From Trichoplax adhaerens (Eukaryota > Animalia > Placozoa): a DNA stretch of 64,000 nt. Under the pieces are notes generated by a model. The model was given only the letters and a program-made list of their open reading frames with translations, made no database searches and had not been told where the DNA came from. The position numbers were made by a program, and so were the translations under genes. Positions 1 to 13,696 of this stretch are shown here, in pieces (the stretch's first letter is position 1; the number at the start of each line of letters is the position of its first letter). The stretch is from the NCBI RefSeq assembly GCF_000150275.1, contig NW_002060943.1, positions 7,572,066 through 7,636,065 on the forward strand, written 5' to 3'.

Positions 1-3000
1 ATAGTAGAGATTTAGATAAAATGTTAGCCAACCTAGTACACTTAGTTATTTCCTAGATAATGATACGTCGTATACAATACTTCATTACCGTCAATATTAT
101 TCTCCTGATCATCATGTTTATCATGATCATCGCTATCTTGCCCGTTTGAGGTCATAAATTTCTAATGTGAATTTAAAAGATGTACAGACAAAACTGATGT
201 CATAAGGCATACAGATTACAAGAAAGGTACCAAATTATTGATGTGAGATATATTTGTACGTATTAGTGTAAACTTACGAATAATTTGTTAATTTCTCTAC
301 TCAAGATATGCTGATTTTCTGCAAACTCGTAACTTATATATTCCAAATCTAACAACATACACGATATATGTTTAGTATGTGTCTAGTTAACTATAACATG
401 TATGGAATAATTTTAGTTTAATGCTGTGATAGTAGATCCAATTTATTGCAGATACAGTACGAGTAAAATTACCTTCACATATAACATTCATCGCATGCTT
501 CAGTAGTTTTTGGTTTTGCCTAGTACAAGCTAAAATAACCACCAAATAAGCAGCAATATCAAGTTTTGTCCTCATCCTACTAATAGATACATTGCAAGTA
601 TAAAAAAATGGTTGATCTAAATACAGTAGCTTACCAGCCCTGCTACAGAACTCTATAATGGATATGCCAGGTTGATTGCTTGTAATACTAATTTGTCCAC
701 GCTTTCGCTTACGAATGGCCTGGGTATCTATAGCAATATTTTTAGGTATGCGCCAATTTCGGCCTGTATCATAAGTAGTAATAGATTAATTGTTATGGAA
801 AGCGGTATATCAGTATAGTGATTTCACGTATTTGATATTTAAATGTGCTAGCTTACTGGCTTTGAATGCTCTTTCTGGAATGGCATCTTTGTCATGCGGA
901 TCGAGAACTTGCCATGCACTATCTTCAACGATAGGTTCTTGCTGTTATAAATGAACAGTAAAGTTTATCCGATTAAGTTTACATCAAAAGCAATAAAGTT
1001 TAAAACGTAACCAAAATTATATTCAGCTTATATTAAATCATCTACGAACTTCTATTGCCGGGTGTAGATCGTCCCTGAGTGTATCGTTAATTCCTCCGTT
1101 AAAAGTATTGTCATCGGAATTGAAACCTTATTTTAAACAACAGATACACGATAAGTTTAATTAAATAAAAAAGTTTTAACTAACGCAGTACATGCCATCA
1201 TTCATTAATACTAATAAATACCATCATTTTCGGGTATATCTTCATTCTCACCAGATATGAAGCTCTCATCTAACGCAAAATATTAAAATCTTACGTAATG
1301 GATTTACTCATATATAACCATATATATACATTAATTTATACTTGAAGAACATCTTGCATAAATCTGTTACTAAGTAAGTTATGTAATGAAAAAATGTAGA
1401 ATTCAATATAATTACTATTGTGGGTGGTAAATGGCATGATATTATTGTGACCACCATCATTTGCTAAGGTGAAGGCGTTCCTGTTGGCACGTGGCTGGAA
1501 GCTAGTATCAATAAGTAAAGCTCCAGAATGATGAATCACAGATGTATTGACTCTAAAATCTCCACGATTTCCCAGTACTTCTCCTCTACCACTGTTTACA
1601 ATATTTCATTCAGATATAGAAAATTGAAAGGAAATAAGTTAATATTTCCTAGGTATGTATCATACAAATGTGATTTACAGTTAAGGATATAAAAAGCACC
1701 TACAGAAAGTGATAATTTTAAAAATAAATATTTTAAATTCTTTCACTTATACGTAGGTAGTTGATACCTTAGTAATTGAACATCACTTTGTCTTTTATGA
1801 TTATCCGTCGGTAGTAATGATACAGGTGTTCGAAGACAAATATATGATGAAGTCCGATTTTCGAAATCTTCTTCTATCAGATCAATGTTGTTAGCCTCTT
1901 TGATATCATCTAATGAAATGAACTAAAAGAGAGACATTGACCCAAGATTATTTCAACTACAATGATACTAATTAATTTAATAAGATATTGATGCATTGAT
2001 TAAGCAAAACTTGACGACGTTATCTTCAAAATATAATGATGATCGAGTTTTGAAAAGATAAGAATGAAATTTAGACAAGTATACGTACATACGTATATAC
2101 GTATACAGTACTGTAATATAAATAATTTTCATGATTAAAAAGTTTTAACGTATAATTATTATTATACCTGCTCTTCTTGATTAAGCTTATGAAATGTAAC
2201 ATCCACATCTTTTCCTTCATCATCAACTGATGCTGGTTGTTTCTGACGTCTACATTGGTAATAATAATAGGTGCAAATGGTGTTAGAGTTACTGTATCGT
2301 TAGGGAAATGATTCATTTGTTAACTATGTGGAGTTTAAGAATTATAATTGCATTATACATACACACGACTATACTTATTACTTACTGTTTTTCAGCTATT
2401 AAATCAAGCGTTTGATAGACTAAAGTGTACAAGTATTCGATCTGGAAAGTAAGAATACATAGTCATCTCTTACATGACTGAATATTTAGAATAATTTTAC
2501 ATCTTATAATGCAGAGTACTACAGAGTTGATATCATGTCTAAGTTAAAGTAAGCAATTTTGAAATACAACGAATATTAGAAATGATCACAAAAGTAGTCA
2601 TGTTATTATAGCGAAATATAATCATGAAATAATCATACATACATACTGTACAAGTTAACATTAAATTAGCATTCTGTACACAATACTTCCAATGAGAAAA
2701 TTTTATTGCAATATTTCATTTGCTTGGCTACGTACCTTCCTACTGTATACGCTCGCTGAACCTTGAATTAATAGCGCAGCTTCGGCAAAATTTAAAAATG
2801 TTGTGCCTCCATCAAAAGTGAAGGTAATTTGTTCAAGCTATAGCATGATATGGAATAATTGAAATTAGAAAAGTTTGAATCCTGTACGACAATCCTATCG
2901 AATAGCACTTTCCATCATTAAAGTCAACTAGACTAAATAATATAACAGTACTTGTCATTTTAACCAACAACGGATGGCTACGTTTATCAGCAAAGGTAAT

Positions 3001-3163
3001 AACATAATAAGGAATGTAAAGTCACGGTCATAATTGATCATTGATTGATAATCACCTCATCTAAGTACTCTTCCAATTGTTTGGCAACATCGACTTCCCA
3101 ATTTTTAGCAAGATCACGAATGGGTTGTAATAAATAGGCATAACGGCCATCCTTATCCTCCAT
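1..3163 (-). CDS. NCAPH2: Condensin II kleisin subunit H2 (multi-exon; 3' part continues beyond window start)
   Basis: Spliced minus-strand translation from ATG at 3163: [36 protein letters not shown] | [34 protein letters not shown] | [15 protein letters not shown]..., later FISLDDIKE...[14 protein letters not shown]. This matches the CAP-H2 N-terminal kleisin domain. Introns examined are GT-AG. Confidence 0.95.
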
Positions 3164-4240
3164 GGCTTTCTAAGCTGAATAGCCAACCAATCTTCCAACT
3201 AATCTAGATATAATAATGAGACATATTATAGGTCGTGCTTGGATCGTCTTTAAAATCACTGCTGATATACTGGACGTATACTGCAGGTTAAGCAGAACTA
3301 TATATACAATCAGTCATTTCATTCCTACTTTACTTATCTAGCCTGTACAACCGTGACAGTGACATTTCTATGCATACGTTATTTGAAATTTTATTAAATT
3401 GCTATCAAGATTAAACTAGTCAATAGTAAAATGGACATTTGTTCTCTAATCTGTCGATTTGTACTGTATGAACTGTATTATTAAATTATTCCTGTAGTTA
3501 TTCTTGTATCTATTTGGCATTCTCTGCGTCAAGGGTAACTATTTCAAATCGACTTGCTTGGATCAACCAATTCAAGTCGATGTTCTGGTAACAGCATAAG
3601 CACTATTCTAGCATCATTTGAGCATTAAATGACAGTCCACTAAATCATATTCTGGCCTCTGATAAAGACTACCTGAGTACAAAACAAGTCAAATGTTATT
3701 TTTTTGCACATTTTTTCTTACTCTCGATAGGATTAGGTTGATCAATTTTTCTTTAATGGATGCTCTTCCACTGGATGTTGGACGTCCAGTGAAATCTCGT
3801 CTGTCGTCTATTTGTATATTCCCGCCTTTTTGGTCTGGTGTGGATACAGTATGTAGTACTGTAAATTACAGTGTACAGTACTCCAGCGTACAGTGTATAG
3901 TACTCTATGCATTATTAGTAAAACTATCGAAAGTGATCTTTCATGTCTGCACGGTCTAGTGGATAGAGGCATGGCCATTGACCAGGCGCTTCTACTGGTT
4001 ATACTGTAGAGTTTGTCAGGACAGGACGGGACAGGACACCAGGACCAGAGGGATCAGTAAAAGGAAAGAAAGAGCCAGAGCTCAGGCGCATGGCGTGGCT
4101 GACCCTTCATACAGACTGTAGTGTTCGCTGTCACTGGTTAGGGTACGGTCACTAGGATGTGTGAACCTCAGGCCATTACCGCATCTTGGCCAGCATTGCC
4201 AGCCATCTTCCTTCGTCTCGAGCCGTGAAAAATTTGAATT

Positions 4241-7200
4241 ATGCCCCGTCGAAGGCAACTTTTTGTAGGCCGACTTCCTCGATCAACGTCATCGCGAGAT
4301 TTGGAAGATATCTTTTACCGATATGGCAGAATGACCCGATGCGATGTCAAAAGCGGTAAATTTTGTTCCAAGTAAAGTACTGATTGACGGAAATGCAATT
4401 GATTTTTTCTGTGACTACTCACTGTAGTGCTCAGTGAACAACCAATTCTTCGTTCGTTTTGGTCATTTATTTTGAAAATGGATGACAGATGAACGGTTCT
4501 ACAAATATTTCCAACGTTTTATTATCCATTACAAGCTAATAATTTATAGCTAAAATGACAGAGAATGAAAGTTTTAACTGCGCTTCGTAAGGGAACGCTA
4601 AAAGAAAATTCTCCTTTTCATAGACTGTACATTAGGTATTCTTTCTTTCTTTGATACGGCGGTGATCAACCACCTCAGCTGAGTCATCTACTCTAATCAA
4701 TACGAATACTAGGTTGCTGTAGTAGTTCATTTGTGACTTTTTTATTTGCATACAGTACACTCACTCAAAATAATAAGGTTGAAATAGTAGTAATCCGATA
4801 TAAAATTAGCTTGACATATTTCCGACATTGGATACAGTACTGTATACTGTACTCAAATCAAGGACTACGAAAGGAAAAAGACAATGCCAAACACCAATCA
4901 CTAGTCAATTTTTATGCCATGAGGCAGGTTGTAGTTATTACTAACTTTTAACCAACCATGAGCCAGCTATCATTAATTAACTAGAGTGCTATCCATGCCT
5001 ATGGTAGACTTTCACTTTGCAAGAAATATTTATAGGAGATTATCTCGAACTTCAGCACAACTTGTATTATTGTACACTAGAGTAGATATTGGAAGCTTGA
5101 AATGATGATTTATTTATGCCAACTGTACAAGTCATCGTCACTGTAGTTACTCAAAACATTACTTATGGTGTATACTCTGAAGTGATTTAGCATCTTTAAA
5201 CATTTCTTGGTCGTTTTACGATAATACGAATGTCCATAAAATACTGAAATTTCACTAAATTCAATGGAGCAATTGAGATTGACATTTATCATTACAAATG
5301 TACCCACGAGATGATATCTGATAAGTAAATAATACAGTACAGTTGGATGCCACTTTTGCTTGTCTTTTTGAGTTCTTTATGTCTATTCTTATTGAAAATT
5401 TTTATTTTATGGCTAATCTAACAAATTAAAGGATAATAATCTTTTAGAATTTCACTATTTATACAAACTTTCATTCTTGCCGTTGCCGACCTACACTAAC
5501 TAATTAATCAGATCGATAACGACAAGCCTGTGTAGACGCGAAAGGGTAATATCGTTGGCTAATAATTAACTTAATATCATTTTACCCTATTTATATGTTA
5601 ATCGAACTATTCCTTCTATCAACCATTTTTTAACTCATGGATTGTGATAAAGGACCTGGGCTAGGTAGGAACGTAAGCCAATTAAATCTACTATATCCAA
5701 TGTACATTGAGCAGTAATAATTATTATATGTATTGACTGACACCATCGTAAGTGTGTGGCTGTAAACTGATTAAGAAGTTACTGTTATACGCGTCCATAT
5801 CGAGTCGTTGTCATTGAGTACCTTACTATCAAATACATACTATTCTAGCTTAACTAGTCAGTTATTATCTGCAATGCTGTCTGTATTACATAAGCCAATA
5901 GTAAATCAAAATACAATTTCTATGCGCGTGTTGATGTAACCGCTATATTACGGCTTTACTACTGTACTTTACTATGCAGCATATTGTAAAGTACTCTATA
6001 GTTTCTAAATTTATTTCCTATCTCTTTAATAGCATATGGCTTTGTCGAATATGAAGATCCGCGCGATGCTGAGGTAAATAAGACCCTGCACACTAGGGGA
6101 AGTAAAATGTTACGTGATTGTATCTAACGCAATTGCCAACATTAATGCTATGAGATCACATTAACCAAGTAAAATTGTTTTAGAGCGAATAGCAATTTAA
6201 ATGCAATATCATGGTATAGCTATATATGCTCAAGGTGGCAATAATTGGTGGCTTATTTATTTTCTGCTAAATACGGGCATTATAAGAAATGTTAGAAATT
6301 GTAGCATAGAATGCTCTACTTGTGTTAAATTAGTAAGCTTCTTTTTATAGCGTAATTTCGTTAATAGAGTTACAATAGATGGCTTAGTTAGATGGTATAG
6401 CTTTTAACTATTTTACCGAGAATTCTTCGCTGGCATTAGACAGCTTGTATTTACGTTTACGCTAGTTTACGCGTAAACGGTAGTACAAATGGGACTGTTC
6501 CATGATTTCAATTCGTATTCATCTAATCTCAAGTATGATAATATATTGTATAGCACTTTCATACATTTCGCAGTGCTTAAAATGAAATTGGATGATAAAT
6601 TGAGTCAGAACAAAGATAAAATACTATGGTAATGTCAATAAGAATAGGTATGATGATTCTATTATACGAGTAATTATACAGCTACCATCACTACTTTTAC
6701 GGCCAACTATTGTAGCAGGTGAAGTCATTGATGAAGCTAATGCTGATTAGACTATATAAAAGTTAACAGTAAAATACTGCTTATGAATTAGTACAGTAAA
6801 TATCAACAATCAACTACTATACAAATTGTAATACTTGCTTGTTTTAGTACTAATATTAATTGTATTTTTTACATAAAATGCTAAAACTTACCAATTATAT
6901 TACAGAGTACAGCGATTTCAGACAATATTACAGAAATGAAGATCTTCATATGCTTAACAGATCTTATCGCATACACCAAACAGAGTTACTTTCTAACTTA
7001 ACCACGGCTCGCTAGCTTTGCCTTAATACTTCAGAGTCTTTAATTGCTTTCGCTAAAATAAGCTTAACATCGTATTATATAATTTTGACTCGGTAATACA
7101 GAATTATAGTTGCCATATAAAGCAATGGTAGGATATGATCGTGCAGTCTTGTACTTTTTCTCAGCAAGTTCGGACTTTCTCTTGTCTGAAATATTTTGTA

Positions 7201-9947
7201 GATTGATTATTAGTTGCTTACCAATTACTAACTAGTAATATATTTGATTTATCAGTCTGACATCGTTGGCTTTCAGTAAAAGTACTACATACATATCTAT
7301 GGCATAAATAAAATATTGTTTGGCAACATACGTGTACAGCTAGATTTGCGAGATCAAACAGCTGCAGTACAAGAAATTACTGTAATATCAGCATTTGACA
7401 AAGTGCTAGTAGATTGTCATCTCATGATAACTTTCTGTATTGATGTTAGTGTTTTAAAGTGATTACTAGTAAACGATGCTGTAATGTAAATATTCTTGAC
7501 ATAGTAACATAGATACTGAGATTGCGGTGCTATTCTTTGCCATAAATGTCTTGAATTAAGATTAGCCTTTCTCTGTCGTTATCATTGCCAAGACAGTCCT
7601 TCCTATGCCGTTGCCTTTATGCCTCCTACATTGCCTAATACCAGCCTTCTCCTTAACTACAACTTATAAATCCACTGACAAGTTAGCTTTATTCATGCAT
7701 TTTACAGATTACTGGTGCAATATCCGAACCGTGCGGTATTTTTAGTAACATTGTGCATGTTTTTTGGCAGATGCTTTGAATATCATTTACTGCTTTCATT
7801 GTATTCGTATACTGTATTTGATTTATCCGTGTCAATATATTCTCAATTAAAAATAGATGTCGATTAGTCTACCGCGACTCTCAAATTTTTCTAAGATTTA
7901 CTATATAATTACCTCAGTCGGAATCATTTATTGAAGATAGCGACTTAATTTACTTAAAGTATATATTGATATAGTCTTCGTGAATCTCTGGTGACGAAAT
8001 GGTAAACGCTGAAAAAGCATTGATGATGTTGTCTAATATTCTTTATCCTGTCTTTATTGCATCCCTGATTCTTATATGATATCACTTATACACTGCAGAG
8101 AAATTGCTTTCTTAATAAGAATTTGGGATTTTTATATAGGATGCGATGCACTATGAACATGGGAGAGATGTTGGTGGGTCTCGAATAGTAGTCGAATGGA
8201 CAAGGAGTAGAGAAGTAAGTTGCTTTCTTTTAGATACACATACGCATACTGTACTTTTGCTAATATAGAGCAATTGCTGTAAATACTTTCATATATTTAA
8301 TTCTGTCATGCTATTACTTCATAACACGGGTTCTTATTATGCGTATTGACAGGATTATTCATCTGATAGGCGATCACCTCGTAAGTAATCTTATTTTAAA
8401 ACTAGTATAGCTATCCTTTACTGCAGCCAGTACAATTTGAAGAATGATCTTCTAAAGTTTTAATTAGCTTTGACATGTTTTTTATTACTCTTTGTTAGGT
8501 TCATATCGGCGTCGGTACGTGTTGGTTGATACCAATATCGCGTTAATAAAATTTAAATTCTTGATAATTTCGTTACAGTCTTTACTATAGCTTACGATTG
8601 ATAAGTATGTTATCTTTTAAATTTTATAATAATATTTTAAATTTTAAATTTTTATCTCTTTATTAGGTCTCCTTCACCTTTTGCAAGGTAATGCCTGATA
8701 CTATTTTTGATATCGTGTCATGGTAAATGGCTATCTAACGTAATGCATGATATTATAAATATGCATATTTATAGGAGAAGATCTCGTACCCGATCTCGCT
8801 CTAGAGATCGTAGAAGATCATATTCTAGATCTAGATCTGGAAGTTCTGACCGTTATGACTCTAGGAAAAAGAATAGTTCCAGAAGGGACAGGTATGATCA
8901 CCTTGAATTGATCTCATTACAGTATTGATAACTTAAAGAATGCGTAAAATAAAACGGAGTGTCATTTCCCTTTCTCTGACTAAAGATTAATTTGATTGCT
9001 TTTCAATCTCTAGATCTTTGACGCCACAACGCCGAAGGTAGTCCTGTTTTCATTATAATATATTTTCTATTACGTTTGGTAATCATTTCCATAATTTTTA
9101 ATGTAGGAGACATTCCCGATCGAGATCTCGCTCTAGTTCTGATAGGGATAGTAGAAGGAAAGAAAGTGACAGAAGAGAGAGGTTAGTTGCATGTTTTCTA
9201 GCAATGCAAATTCGAACTGATTTTGTGATGTACGTTTTGATATCACTACTATGTTAACTCATTTAGATCAAGAAGTGAGAGAGGATCTGCTAAGAAAAAT
9301 TCTGGATCTCGATCTAAATCCAGGTAATGTACGAAATTTTTTCTGAATTCCTGCAACATAACGTAATAATAAGCTACAGCACAATTCTTCTCATTCCTAT
9401 TTTGAGCTGTTATCCTGCAATAGATTAACCGTAATAAATTTTTGTATTTGATATTATGTGCTTTATATTTATCAGATCAAGATCTAGCTCGAAATCAAAG
9501 TCTAGGTAATACTTGCAGATAATTCAGTCTTTCCTTCATTTTTCAATTATTAATGCAATATCCTTAGCTAATCTCCTTCCGTTTAGATCTAGATCGCCTT
9601 CGCCGAAGCGATATTCAAGGTAGGATCGATCGATCAATGCAGTTTATAGATTAACTGACCAGCTATAATGATCTAAGGTCTGGATCATGCGCGTTCGAAA
9701 GTTTCTTTGAGTAATACCTTACTTTATCAATTTATTTAGGTCGCGATCTCGAAGCCCACCTTCTCGCTCGCGTTCAGCATCACGGTACTGGATTAATTAT
9801 TGTATTTAAAAATTTTTTATCGTTATGGTCTTATCAATTGTAACGTACAGTTTCTGCGATATTGATTATTATAATACTGTTTGTATTATAATTATAAGGG
9901 AACGCCGCAGTCGAAGTGTGTCAAAGGATTCTAGATCCGATCATTAA
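4241..9947 (+). CDS. SR-family splicing factor (single RRM + RS domain), ~14 exons
   Basis: Exons 4241-4355, 6033-6073 and 8140-8214 give MPRRRQLFVGRLPRSTSSRDLEDIFYRYGRMTRCDVKSAYGFVEYEDPRDAEDAMHYEHGRDVGGSRIVVEWTRSRE (RNP2 LFVGRL, RNP1 AYGFVEY, DPRDA). Many short RS-rich exons follow (8353-8380, 8499-8514, 8667-8687, 8775-8891 ...) to TAA at 9945-9947. Confidence 0.92.
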
Positions 9948-11451
9948 GACAAGCACTTGTAACAATCGTACAATTTGGATGACTTATGAATACACCTGTT
10001 CCATACCCGCCTGTAGATGATTATTAACCGAAAATATTAGCAGAAAGTTTCGAATTTCTGATATATGGGTAGTATTTAACCACTGTTACGAGACCTCGCT
10101 AAATGCTATAAATATGTGTTTCCTGACACATAATGTGGTTCTTAATATTTTATGATGGATTTTATATGATTGCCCTTTAATTATGAAAAGCGTTGTATTA
10201 CGATCTTTCAGTTAAAATAGTAGTTGAGTCTTTAATTTAAACTTAATGTTACACAGAAGCAGAAGGTACTGCAATGAGATGATTGTTTAGGTCATTCAAG
10301 GTAAAGATTGGACCTTATTTATGTCGACCTTGTAAGATTGCAGGGTAGATGTGGATAATTAAGGATCATAATACCGATGTATATCCCTAGTTTTTAAGAT
10401 AATATTAGGCAACTTGCATAACGATCTTATTAGTTGAATAAAAATTTTAAGTTCTTGAAATGTTCAAGTGGAATAGCGATTTACTCGATCCATATGAAAT
10501 ATTATAAAAAATTGAGAGATTCTAATAAGGTTGAAATCTTGTAATGTGTTGACGTAAGGTGATTTAACTTACTCAACTTCTACTTAACATATATGCATAT
10601 ATAAGGAATGGGTCGTAGCATGCATTGCCAAGGTATTAGATTACAGTATGAGTCATATGCAATTCTTTATTACAATTACGGTACTGTACTGTATATTTAG
10701 ATTTGAAAAGGCATTTACATACCCACCTACTGTATATAATAGGAAATTGTGTACAAATAACATCCTTATGAAGAATGAATACTAGCGATCTTGAGATGAT
10801 GTCAGCAATAGGTACTAAGTAAAGTATTGTAAAGCTGTAGGTTGATAAAAGCAGGACTTGTTCAAAATCTAAAAAGAACCACAGTACTATACGGTCTAAT
10901 TTTTATATCTTGTTTCTCTTTAAAATTTTATTAATTCCAGTAAGCACCGCTCATTTGCGTACGATATCAAACTGTACAGTACTAGGCAGTAGGCACTCAC
11001 CTCTATTATTAGATTGCTATTATGAGCCGGTAAATAAGAGTGAAATTGATCATTTAGTTGCCTATTGGTAAACTATTGCTCATGAAACCTAGGCCATGGC
11101 TGCAAACTAATTAATTCCAGGATGGAATGCATGTACATTGTACAGCTGTAATGGAAATATGGAAATAGAATCTAGTACGCGCAATATGAGAAGCTGCTGC
11201 TGACTCAAGGTTTGGAAGCAATCTCAAGCCAGTAGCGTAGGTGAGTTAACGCGGTAGTCGGAATCTATTACTGACAGAGTACTATACCCTACACAACCCT
11301 ACGGTATGTTACTAGTTCAGTGTATTGTACAAATACTCGACAGTCACAGTTGCTGTCTGTCGGTAGCCGGTGGGCTTTACCACTCTCGAGTCTGGACGGC
11401 GATCACGTTAAGGTTTAGGAGGTTGGAGCCTGCTGGAGGATTACTGGGAAA

Positions 11452-13696
11452 ATGGCAGACGATCTAATGCAGAAATTTAGTGTGTTAGGCACTACAGATC
11501 ATGATATACTCATCAAGCAATTGCAAGAATACTTAAACTACCAGTTGAGTCCTTCTGGATGTGAATTCTTCTTGGATATGAATAACTGGTAAGGCATAGA
11601 AGCAGAGTAATCGTAATCGCCGATCCGATCGGCTTAGCACGCGCTGTACGTAAGAAGTTATAACAGTAGTACTATGGACTATTGTACAATTAGCATGCAC
11701 AAAGGTTGTGTCTTGATTCTATATGCAATCCAATGATTTAGAAAGATACTATAGTTGTTGATCACAGTTTTAATAATGATAGAATCCAATCCGATCGTAT
11801 ATTATATGCCCATAGTCATCATTTTGATCAGTTCTATCCTAAAATGATGATCAACATACCGTATAGTTTCTTTTCTTTTGGTTACTATGCAAAATTGATA
11901 TGTCATCAAGAGTCATCATTTTAAAAAGTTCGATTTCGAGCTTAGTTTATTTCCATTGGCTCGATATGCTAATCTATATCATCTAATACTGTACGTTTGA
12001 TCTTTCTTTTTTTAGGAATTTACAGGTAATTCTTTAATCGATTCGGCTATAGACATTGAAATTGACACGATTGACTCTTACGCAATATAATAACAAGAGA
12101 AAAAAATCTATCTTTCAAAAAATGAATCGACAAGACTTAAGTTGCACGGTTCATTTCCGGATTATTGTAAAACATTTCCTAGCCCTGCAGTATTGTATGC
12201 TTAGACTGCTGTTATGACTGCATTTTTTAGTACTACTTGCTGCTATTTCAGTTTTAATGTTATTATCACTATACCGTACCTAATGTTGGAATTGGTATGC
12301 TGTAACGACGTAAATTGCTTGTTAGGAAGTACGTTCTGTAGATTCCAACTCTTTTCTTTATCCCACGTACAACTATAGTTGGCTTTAGGATCTTATTTTG
12401 ATTATAATGCTCCAACTGAGTATTTGCCATCAATGACGTTTATTCAAGACGTAACTATTGGTGAAGGGGAATCTGTTCAACCAAACACTCAATTTGTTAA
12501 GACGTGGCGGATTCAAAATTCAGGTTCAAACTATTTTTACTTAAGATATAATAGCTACCATCTACTTTTAATTTAGAAGAGACAGTAGGGCATTACGCAA
12601 ATAGATAGTACAGCATTTTACTAGTACTTATTGTTTTAATCTGGTATTCCTAAGTCATATCCATACTCTCGTTAAGGATTGTTGTCATTCTCTATTTTCA
12701 ATTACTGAGCAAAGTCCACACTAGCTCAAGTTCTTGCCACTCGTAGCATCGCTATTTCAATAATAAATTATATAAGGGAATAAACGATATAAATTACGAT
12801 TGCTTATTAAATAATAACTCCTCGATGCTAATAATTATAATGAATATGGATGCAGCTTAAGATTAATTTTGTTTTATTATCATTTTATTTAATATTGTAG
12901 GTCAGAAAAGGTGGCCAGATTCGGTTAGACTAAGGTTTATTGGAGGTGATCAGTTAGGACCTTCCCATGAAGTTCGTGTACAGTCACATGATGCACAAGA
13001 GATAGGAGATGTTAGCGTAGTTATGATTTCACCCAATCAACCAGGAACATTTCAGGGTCGTTGGAGAATGGCAACACAAGAAGGTCTCTTTTTTGGAGGT
13101 AAATACATGTATATTTTATGCTTTTTTTAAGTGGCAGCTCATTGCGATATATCACCTTCTAAACTAAACATTCTCGTTTGATTTGGATAAAAATTCAGAC
13201 ATCATTTGGGTCATCATTAGCGTCGAAAATTCAGGTTTATTGGGTCTAACGCAGCAGTTATCTTACATTAATACAAGGGATAATGGAGAGACAACAATGG
13301 AACATCACGATACTACAGATTTTAATCCCTTTGGTCGTGTTGGAGCCACTTCGACAGAAGCAGTTTTTAGTCAGCAAGCTTCATCATCATATCCTACCTT
13401 AATAAAACCCCAATCACTTCCGGATGAAGACGTTAGTAGTACTATACCTAATGAGAGATTCTATTATTATATTAAATAAGCAATTTTTTGTATCTATAAT
13501 ATTGGACTGCTAAAATATCATCCAGAAACTAGTTTATAAAGGAATTTAACATGTTAATTATAACTTGGATATCATAGTCACCGCTTAGAATAACGGTGAC
13601 GATCTACTCCTACATCGAGATTGAACATAAACTCTAATAATTCTTTGATTACTGTAGATTTCAGCGGATGTGGATGAACATGAAGAAATGAAGTAA
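11452..13696 (+). CDS. ILRUN: ILRUN / C6orf106 ortholog (UBA-like + NBR1 FW domain)
   Basis: MADDLMQKFSVLGTTDHDILIKQLQEYLNYQLSPSGCEFFLDMNNW-NLQ-LALGSYFDY...SMTFIQDVTIGEGESVQPNTQFVKTWRIQNSG...FQGRWRM...FGDIIWVIISVENSGLLGLTQQLS. Exons 11452-11588, 12016-12025, 12379-~12523, 12901-~13098, ~13199-13431, 13658-13696. Confidence 0.93.

Noticed and set aside
1668-1692. U12-type branch point (TCCTTAAC...AC) in an NCAPH2 intron
   Set aside because: The flanking exons join in frame through an ordinary GT-AG intron (~1593-1768) that lacks a U12 donor.
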